Positions 47,239-54,154 of a stretch of DNA of 54,154 bases are shown here, in pieces (the first letter of the stretch is position 1; every line of letters starts with the position of its first letter). Below the pieces are notes generated by a model that saw only the letters and a list, made by a program, of their open reading frames with translations, was not told the origin of the DNA and searched no databases. Both the position numbers and the translations under genes were made by a program. Origin of the DNA: Nitrososphaerota archaeon (GTDB taxonomy: Archaea > Thermoproteota > Nitrososphaeria > Nitrososphaerales > Nitrosopumilaceae); NCBI GenBank assembly GCA_016871975.1, contig VHBM01000001.1, positions 1 to 54,154 on the forward strand. Reading direction: 5' to 3'.

Positions 47239-48471
47239 ATGATCCTAGAGAATTCAAAAAATTCTTGGCATTATATCAATGAGGGAATCACATCTGTAAA
47301 CTATAACAATTTTAAGAAAGCACTTTCACGATTTGACAAAGCATTACAAATAGAACCTCATAATCTTGTTGCACAATTCCACAAAGGAGCAACACTTTGT
47401 AAACTAGAAAAATTCAGTGACGCCATGTCCTGTTTTGAGAAAGTAATAGAAAATGATCCAAAAGATATTGATGCGTTGTATAACAAAGGTCTAACGTTAT
47501 CAAAGATAGGAAAACATCAAGAAGCAGTTACGTACTTTGATAGGGTTTTAGAAATCGATCAAAATTATGCTGATGCGTTAACGCAAAAAGGTGCTACTCT
47601 AAGCAAGCTTGGAAACCACGAGGAGGCAATTGTCTGCCTCGATAAGGTACTAGAATCAAATTCAAAGAATTCAGGCGCCCTATACAACAAAAGTATAGTT
47701 TTAGGCAGGCTAGGGATGAACTCTGACTCTATTTTTTATTTAAACAAAGCAATTGAAGAAGATTCTAGAAAATCACAGGAGCTTTATGAAAAGGGTATTC
47801 AACTTGCAAAACAAGGCAAACATGAAGAAGCCATGTCATTTTATACAAAAGCTCTTGATGTAGACCCAAAGAATGTAAAGGCACTTGTATCAAAGGGGTG
47901 GACCCTTGATTTTGCTGGATTTTCAAATAAAGAAATTTTTGTATTTTTTGATAAGGCTTTAGAAATTGATCCAAAAAATATTGATGCATTACTCAACAAG
48001 GGTCTTGTTTATGATCGAACTGGTCTTTATGAAAAAGCAGTAGAATGTTTTGACAAGGTTTTAGAAATTGAGCCAAAAAATATACGTGCAATGTACAGCA
48101 AAGGCATTTCGCTTTATTCACTCAAAAAGTATGGTGCTGCAAAATTTTTTTGTGAAAAAGCAATAGAGATCGATCCAACAAACGTGGTGGCCTTATGTAG
48201 TATGGTTTGGCTTCTTGAACATCAGCAAAAATATGAGGAGGCACTTTCGTTCTGTGATAAAGCACTTGAGATTAATCCTACCTATGTTTACGCTCTAAGC
48301 TACAAAGGAAAATTGCTATTTTCGTTAGAAAAATTGGAAGAATCCCTGCAATGCTATAACAAGGCACTTGAACTTGAACCAAACAATGCAACCGCAATGT
48401 ATTATAGGAATAAGATAATCATCAAACTTGAAAAAATGAAGAAAAGATCCTTTTTTGGTAAATTTAAATAG
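47239..48471 (+). CDS. Tetratricopeptide repeat protein (about 11 repeats)
   Basis: 34-aa repeats A-x-x-NKG-x-x-L-x-x-LG-x-x-EEA-x-x-x-FDK-x-LEI-x-P. Confidence 0.93.
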   Translation: MILENSKNSWHYINEGITSVNYNNFKKALSRFDKALQIEPHNLVAQFHKGATLCKLEKFSDAMSCFEKVIENDPKDIDALYNKGLTLSKIGKHQEAVTYFDRVLEIDQNYADALTQKGATLSKLGNHEEAIVCLDKVLESNSKNSGALYNKSIVLGRLGMNSDSIFYLNKAIEEDSRKSQELYEKGIQLAKQGKHEEAMSFYTKALDVDPKNVKALVSKGWTLDFAGFSNKEIFVFFDKALEIDPKNIDALLNKGLVYDRTGLYEKAVECFDKVLEIEPKNIRAMYSKGISLYSLKKYGAAKFFCEKAIEIDPTNVVALCSMVWLLEHQQKYEEALSFCDKALEINPTYVYALSYKGKLLFSLEKLEESLQCYNKALELEPNNATAMYYRNKIIIKLEKMKKRSFFGKFK

Positions 48472-48476
48472 ATTTG

Positions 48477-50027
48477 TTAATGTGCTGCGCTTTTACTTGA
48501 TGCATCTTCACCAGAACTTGGTACAAAGTGTTTTAGATCTTCACCTGATATGAGATCTTCTTCTGGTGGAACATAGTCCCTTACATCATGTCGTGCTTTG
48601 CCAGGCCATTTCTTTTGTGTAGCTAATGCTACGCCAATAAATACTGCAAAGGATATTGGTGGTGGTATCATTGTGTCTAGTCCTGCCCATTCTATAGGCA
48701 TTGTAAAGAAGAATGCTAATCGTAGAGCGGAACCCACTAAAAGTGAAGCAATTGCAGCAGGCATGTTTGCCTTTCTCCAAAACAGCCCTAGTGTAAGCGG
48801 TGCAAATGCACCTGCAAATACGATATCAAATGCCAATATTAGATAGATGCCAGGTGCTGGTACGAAGTAGCCAAGAAGGAATCCTGCAACCATCATTGGT
48901 ATTATGACTGCTCTTGTAACCCATAACAGTTTTTTGTCTGTCCAAGGTTCTTTATGCAACCATCTTCGTCGAATGATTCTTTGGATCAGATTTCTTGAAA
49001 CAACACTAGAGATCGCCAACAATCCACCATTTGCTGTGGACATTGCAGCCCCAAGAACTCCCATCAAAAGAGCTGCGCCTATTACAAATGGCATATGATT
49101 GATAGCTAATTCAGGCATTGCAGTAAACGGATCTTCTAATCCTGGCAAAAAGTGTAATGCGATTATTCCCATCATACTTGTTGGAACTACAGTAAATATT
49201 GTAAGTGCACCTCCCCAGAAGGCTCCACGCTGTGCAGTTTTTGGATCTCTTGCTGCAAATACTCTTTCCATAAAGTCAAGTGCAACTATATCACCGAGAC
49301 CAAGTGCAAGTATGCCGGCCCAATTGATGAGGGCGCCCGATGCAATATCAGTTAGTCCTGACAGATCCATATATCCAGGTGGTGCACTGCCAAGTATGGT
49401 ATCAAATGGAACTCCTGCAAATCCGCCTGCAAAGAAGATAAACGCTGCCCAGAAAGCACCTATTGCAAGATAAATCTGGAATATGTCCGTGTAAGCAGAG
49501 GAGAAAAGTCCACCTGCAAAAGTATATGAAAGTACAACTAGAGCTGCAATAAGTACCCCCCAAAAGAAGTCAATGCCAAAAACTGTTTGTAGTATAAATC
49601 CACTTGCTGCAAAGTTTCCTGCCACAAGTACCGTAAAACTAATTATCATCAAAACGCCGGAAATTCCTTCTGCAGCATTACCAAACCTTCTAAAATAAAA
49701 GTCGGGCAAAGTAAACATGGTCATCTTGTTTAATGGTTTGCCGTAAAAGAAGCCAGTCAAAAGAAGGCATATTCCAAGGCCTATAGGAATTACAGCTCCT
49801 GCCCAAAACCCAAATTGATATACAAGAGCAGCATTACCTAACGATGAATTACCATCTATTGATTGTGCTGCAAGCATTGTGCCTACAAAAAACAAAGGTA
49901 GAGTCTTTCCAGCAACCATTAATCTTCGGCCACTTTTTTGAACCAGTTTGTAAGTCAGAGTTCCTACTACCAAAGAGGCTATCAGAAATCCAATTATTGC
50001 GATGCCAAAACCAGTAATCTCTGCCAT
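48477..50027 (-). CDS. Sodium:solute symporter (SSS family)
   Basis: About 13 TM helices; TLPDFYFRRFG, YTFAGGLFSSAYTDIFQ, ERVFAA, AAMSTA, GLFWRKAN. Confidence 0.93.
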   Translation of the reverse strand: MAEITGFGIAIIGFLIASLVVGTLTYKLVQKSGRRLMVAGKTLPLFFVGTMLAAQSIDGNSSLGNAALVYQFGFWAGAVIPIGLGICLLLTGFFYGKPLNKMTMFTLPDFYFRRFGNAAEGISGVLMIISFTVLVAGNFAASGFILQTVFGIDFFWGVLIAALVVLSYTFAGGLFSSAYTDIFQIYLAIGAFWAAFIFFAGGFAGVPFDTILGSAPPGYMDLSGLTDIASGALINWAGILALGLGDIVALDFMERVFAARDPKTAQRGAFWGGALTIFTVVPTSMMGIIALHFLPGLEDPFTAMPELAINHMPFVIGAALLMGVLGAAMSTANGGLLAISSVVSRNLIQRIIRRRWLHKEPWTDKKLLWVTRAVIIPMMVAGFLLGYFVPAPGIYLILAFDIVFAGAFAPLTLGLFWRKANMPAAIASLLVGSALRLAFFFTMPIEWAGLDTMIPPPISFAVFIGVALATQKKWPGKARHDVRDYVPPEEDLISGEDLKHFVPSSGEDASSKSAAH

Positions 50028-50075
50028 GTCCTAATTGGAAAGCGAGTGTGATTATTTAAGGATTAAATAATTAAA

Positions 50076-50085
50076 GTAAAGTACG
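50076..50085 (-). promoter_or_regulatory. Putative operator GTAAAGTACG upstream of the symporter TATA box
   Basis: Identical to 47117-47126; a one-mismatch copy GTAAAATACG lies at 50109-50118. Confidence 0.55.
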
Positions 50086-50321
50086 TCTTCAAGAATAAAG
50101 GATAATGTGTAAAATACGTAGTTAATTAGTTGAATTAGTCGGTTGTGGCTTTTAATTCATGTTTTATAATAATGTTATTTTCATTTTAGAAATTAATCTA
50201 AATCATGTAATGTTCATTGAAAAAGTAATGCCATATACGAAAGAATTTGTCTGAAGTTCTAAAAGATTTCTTAGTTTACGAATTTTAAATTTTTATTAGT
50301 TTGTGAAATACCTTCTCTGCG

Positions 50322-50504
50322 ATGGCAAAGCAAGAAGCAGCAGCTGTTATTATAATCTTGTTAGGATTGGGTTTAACGCAGTTAGAAGGTGGCACAAATG
50401 CGTTCTATGTTGGAGCTGGATGGGGCACAATTGGAATAGCATGCTTATGGTTATGTGTCTTAATTTTCAAAGATTTAAAGAAAAAAGGTAAAAAGAAAAA
50501 ATAA
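50322..50504 (+). CDS. Small two-TM membrane protein with Lys-rich tail
   Basis: ATG start, two hydrophobic segments, KKKGKKKK terminus, TATA-like TTTTATTA upstream. Confidence 0.55.
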   Translation: MAKQEAAAVIIILLGLGLTQLEGGTNAFYVGAGWGTIGIACLWLCVLIFKDLKKKGKKKK

Positions 50505-50543
50505 TTTGCAAAAATTTTAAAGCGAGTCTTAAACTAGGAGATT

Positions 50544-51059
50544 ATGCCAAGCCAAGGTTATTCAACGATAGGACTCAAACCTTCAATTATAAGCGAACTT
50601 CAACGCATAACTGATCAGTACTACCCAGGTATGTTTTTGCCAAGTACACTAATAATTACAATGAATGAAATCAAGCGTGGATATTATACGCCAGAAATGC
50701 ACAACATAAAAGTCGATCTTTCAGGGCGCTATAATTCACTGACTATCAGATCCGATGTGAAAGAGTGGCTTGAGGAAAATTATAAAAATCTTTTTGATTT
50801 GTATGCAGAAAGATATGGAATTGAAAATTTCGCTCAATTTGTTAGCTATTTTATTATGAATCTATTTCAGTCAAAGATAAAGGCACAAGAACAGGTCATT
50901 AAACTAAAAGCCTCTGAATTCAAATGGCTAATTCAAGAATATAAAAAACGAAAAAAACAAAATGGATTAGATACCGCTACATTTGATCGATTTGCAGATG
51001 AGTTTTTAAGAGAACTACTTGAAAAAATAAATGAAGCAAAGAAAATTTTATCTACATAA
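50544..51059 (+). CDS. Hypothetical protein with three ribbon-helix-helix-like repeats
   Basis: Three strand-helix-helix-like segments beginning YSTIGLK, YNSLTIR and QVIKLK. Confidence 0.6.
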   Translation: MPSQGYSTIGLKPSIISELQRITDQYYPGMFLPSTLIITMNEIKRGYYTPEMHNIKVDLSGRYNSLTIRSDVKEWLEENYKNLFDLYAERYGIENFAQFVSYFIMNLFQSKIKAQEQVIKLKASEFKWLIQEYKKRKKQNGLDTATFDRFADEFLRELLEKINEAKKILST

Positions 51060-51086
51060 AATAAAGTTTTTTATCAGTTAGTAAAT

Positions 51087-51347
51087 CTAAATTGGACTCA
51101 TTGTATCAAGTAATCTTGCGTTAGTTACTTGCCCTGTTTTTTCCTGAAATTCTAGGTCTACTGTGTATTTGAGATTGTTTTGTAAAAATCTAACCTGAAC
51201 ATCCCAACCTGTTCGTGGGCCTTTTTCAGGTAAAGGAAACGTTTCACTGACTTTAAAGTCTGACACATCACCATATAGAGCTTGAATGATTCTTTTCGAT
51301 TCTCTTTCGATGTCTTGTGATGTACTAACTTTAGTCATGATCATCAT
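51087..51347 (-). CDS. Small hypothetical protein (PepSY-like helix plus beta-meander pattern)
   Basis: Helix then WDVQV...YTVDL...TGQV strands; true start may be 51338. Confidence 0.7.
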   Translation of the reverse strand: MMIMTKVSTSQDIERESKRIIQALYGDVSDFKVSETFPLPEKGPRTGWDVQVRFLQNNLKYTVDLEFQEKTGQVTNARLLDTMSPI

Positions 51348-51519
51348 TTAACTGATAATTATAAAAATATATTGAAAATGTTGTGGTAATTTACCAATTG
51401 AAAATTTTTGTTTCAATCAGTATGTAAAATTAAAAAAATTGTAGCTTCACTTTGAATTGATTTTGCTGATCGGATCACTTATGATAGATTTTAATAATTA
51501 TTGAAGATATAGACAGAGA

Positions 51520-53211
51520 TTGAAATATCCTGATCTTCTTGGCAAAGATGTAGCGCGAGTTGGAGTTCAGACTACGCGCAAGTATAATCTTCTTGCAAGC
51601 AGAATGATCACTGATGTGATTAAAACTTCACTTGGCCCACGGGGTATGGATAAGATGTTTATTGATATACAAGGAGATGTTTATGTAACAAAGCATGGGG
51701 GTGCATTCCTACGAAAAGTAGATCATGAGCACCCTGCAGCAAAAGCAGTTGTAGATGCGGCAAATTCCGTTGATAACCATGTAGGGGATGGAACTATTTC
51801 TGTTGTTGTTTTAATTGGGGCATTATGTGCAAAGGCAGAAGAACTGCTAAAAAGCGAGATTCCACCTGCAACAATTGCCTCTGGCTATCAGATAGCCTCA
51901 GATATTGCCCTTGAGACACTTGCCTCAGTTGCTCAAAAAGCAAGTGTTTCTAGCAGAGATATGATGATGTGGCTTGCTTTAACATGTCTCAAAGGTAAGT
52001 CAATATCAGATATGATTGATGAAGAGATTGTAGCAAAACTAATTGTTGATGCAGTTTGTACTATTGCCGATTTTAAAAATAACAAGATAGATGTTGATGA
52101 TATAAAAATTGAGGAAAAACTTGGTAATGCAACAGATGTTCAGCTAATAAATGGGATTGTGGTTGATAAAACAATTGATAATTATGCAATGCCAAAAATT
52201 ATCAAAGACGCAAAAATTCTTTTAACAAACGAATTTCTTGAACCCACTCGTACTAAGATAGACGATGAGATAATAATAACATCGCCAGAACAGATGAACG
52301 TATTCATAAAACGAGAATCTGATACGGTCATCGAAAAAGTTCAGAAGATAATTGATGCGGGAGTTAATGTTGTTATATCTAGAAGGGGGATTAACCAGTT
52401 TGCTCAAGAATGTCTTGCAAGATCTGGAATAATTTCTATCAAGCGAGCTACAGAAAATGATTTGTGGTGGCTTGAAAAAGCTACGGGTGCAAAGATCTGC
52501 GAAGATCTTAACAACATTTCCAAAGATGAATTAGGATGTGCAAAAAAAGTTTATGAAAAAACGGTAGGAGATGATAAAATGGTATTTGTTGATGGATGTA
52601 ATAATCCAAAGGCAATTACAATTTTGTTAAGGGCAAATTCTAAAAAATATCTTGAAGAATTTCATCGGACAGTAAAAAATGTATATTTTGTTTTACGAAA
52701 TTTCATCGAGAATCCACAAATAGTTGGCGGAGGTGGATCTGTAGAAGCAATAATTGCACAAAAAGTAAGACAAAAGGCTCACATGATTGAAGGTAAAGAA
52801 CAAATTGTTGTAGAAAAGTTTGCTGATGCATTAGAAGAAATTCCAATAACCCTTGCTAGAAATGTAGGTATGGATGTAATTGATACTATTGTTGAACTTA
52901 GGGCAAAATATGCTCAGTTTGTCAATGGTAACTATGAATGGATTGGCATAGATTCATCTCAAAGAAAAGTAGCTGAAGTTTTTTCAAAAAATGTAGTTGA
53001 GACTCTTGCTGTAAAAGAACAGGTTATCAAAACAGCTGCCGAAACTACCATTGCATTGCTAAATGTAGATGATATTTTTATGAAAGATGAAATTGATAAT
53101 ACTCACTGTCATATTGATGGCACGGTTCATGCTCACCACGATGGTGGTAAGGCGCACAATCATTTTGAGCAAGAAGGAATAGAGCAGCGTCAAATGCACC
53201 ATTATTACTAG
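51520..53211 (+). CDS. Divergent group II chaperonin (thermosome-like) with His-rich C-terminal tail
   Basis: SLGPRGMDKM, HPAAK, VGDGT, FADALEEIP-x-TLA-x-N; 9 His and 1 Cys in the last 36 aa. Confidence 0.92.
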   Translation: MKYPDLLGKDVARVGVQTTRKYNLLASRMITDVIKTSLGPRGMDKMFIDIQGDVYVTKHGGAFLRKVDHEHPAAKAVVDAANSVDNHVGDGTISVVVLIGALCAKAEELLKSEIPPATIASGYQIASDIALETLASVAQKASVSSRDMMMWLALTCLKGKSISDMIDEEIVAKLIVDAVCTIADFKNNKIDVDDIKIEEKLGNATDVQLINGIVVDKTIDNYAMPKIIKDAKILLTNEFLEPTRTKIDDEIIITSPEQMNVFIKRESDTVIEKVQKIIDAGVNVVISRRGINQFAQECLARSGIISIKRATENDLWWLEKATGAKICEDLNNISKDELGCAKKVYEKTVGDDKMVFVDGCNNPKAITILLRANSKKYLEEFHRTVKNVYFVLRNFIENPQIVGGGGSVEAIIAQKVRQKAHMIEGKEQIVVEKFADALEEIPITLARNVGMDVIDTIVELRAKYAQFVNGNYEWIGIDSSQRKVAEVFSKNVVETLAVKEQVIKTAAETTIALLNVDDIFMKDEIDNTHCHIDGTVHAHHDGGKAHNHFEQEGIEQRQMHHYY

Positions 53212-53222
53212 ATTTATGTCAA

Positions 53223-54154
53223 TTATTTAGACAGTCTAGAAAACAAGGCAGCGTATAGAAACGGAAGAATTGTTGTCGCCTCTGCATGTATCGTAGTTTG
53301 TTTTGCATTTTGTGTTACCTTTCCCCAAGATATTGCTTCATCCACTAATGCGCCACTTGAGCTCCCATCGAATTCTTGTGCAGTTGTTATGTATGCTGCA
53401 TAATCCAAACCATCCCTATATTGATTCCACCAAAGCGTATGATGTTTTGGTACTCCACCACCAATCATTAGGGCACCCGATTTTTTTGCTTTAAAGATAA
53501 GACCAGACAAAAGATCCGCATCTGCAATAAGATTTAGCTTAAAATCATGATGTTTTTGTGTAAAAAGCCAGATCTGACTTCCAACCGCACCATCCATTAT
53601 ACCAGGAACAACAACTGGAATTTCATTTTTGTATGCCCAATACAAAAATGAGTTTTCACCCATGTGGCGACCTATCATTTTTGTGATATCCGCAGTTGAC
53701 ATCTCTTTATTTCCTGCCTTGTATTCTTCTTCCAAAAAGGCTTGCGTCTTTTCTTCAATTATTGGGCCATAGCTCTGCATTGGTACAAGCACATTGCCTA
53801 GTCTATGGATATGTTGATCAGCAAGCTGTTTATCATCCAGTGCAAAGTCACCTTCTTTGTAATTTGAGAAATATCTTGCAATATCATGATCTAGAGATCC
53901 ACAAGTTGTGATAACAACATCAAACCACTTGTTTTTTATCATGTCTTTTATTACACCACGAAGACCTGTTGAGATAATAGCAGCAATAAATGACAAAAAC
54001 TTTAGACATTTTTTATCAGGAATCATTGTTGATAGAATATCTAGTCCTTCAGCGAGATTTCTTGCCTCAAATCCCCCCGACTTTGACATTTGCTCAAATA
54101 TTTCTTCAATATTAGATTCCTTTTTTATTGAAATGTCTTTTACGTCTCGTCCTG
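53223..54154 (-). CDS. dys: Deoxyhypusine synthase (5' end beyond window)
   Basis: ISTGLRG, HRLGN, GGGVPKHH, DGS-x-SGA-x-x-x-EAISWGK. Frame stays open upstream of 54089 to the window edge (GRDVKDISIKKESNIEEIFEQM). Confidence 0.95.
   Translation of the reverse strand, partial: GRDVKDISIKKESNIEEIFEQMSKSGGFEARNLAEGLDILSTMIPDKKCLKFLSFIAAIISTGLRGVIKDMIKNKWFDVVITTCGSLDHDIARYFSNYKEGDFALDDKQLADQHIHRLGNVLVPMQSYGPIIEEKTQAFLEEEYKAGNKEMSTADITKMIGRHMGENSFLYWAYKNEIPVVVPGIMDGAVGSQIWLFTQKHHDFKLNLIADADLLSGLIFKAKKSGALMIGGGVPKHHTLWWNQYRDGLDYAAYITTAQEFDGSSSGALVDEAISWGKVTQNAKQTTIHAEATTILPFLYAALFSRLSK

Noticed and set aside
1..54154. CRISPR arrays, IS elements, integrases, att duplications at tRNA 3' ends, inteins in MCM/RFC/aIF5B, tRNA introns, rRNA
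   Set aside because: None seen. Protein lengths are normal, the tRNAs fold without inserts, and I found no spaced repeats or transposase-like ORFs.

Overview
An AT-rich archaeal chromosome segment from an ammonia-oxidising thaumarchaeon (Nitrososphaerota, probably Nitrosopumilales). The assignment rests on the adjacent 4-hydroxybutyryl-CoA dehydratase and ADP-forming 4-hydroxybutyrate-CoA ligase, the GINS-MCM-Hel308 operon, Alba, L7Ae and thaumarchaeal W-I-K-x-x-x-x-W-W surface repeats. About 1-44.8 kb is mostly core genome: argH, sdhABCD, replication genes, hisS, aIF5B, ribosomal proteins, purU, rpiA and seven intron-less tRNAs. The standout is an accessory-looking block at about 44.8-53.2 kb. 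It holds a non-canonical ureohydrolase translationally coupled to an orphan urease-gamma-like protein and a His-rich Ni permease. It also holds a Na+/solute symporter sharing a promoter 10-mer with the hydrolase, a triple ribbon-helix-helix-like protein, and an ATPase-degenerate group II chaperonin with a His-rich tail. Together these suggest a nickel-dependent guanidino-compound scavenging system with its own maturation machinery. Non-coding signals include nine GATC sites in 132 bp between the GINS/MCM and RFC genes, a kink-turn-like element over the L7Ae Shine-Dalgarno, and a double palindrome before padR. Two surface paralogues resemble the dimethylformamidase large-subunit active-site region. 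All assignments come from reading motifs by eye; no searches were run.
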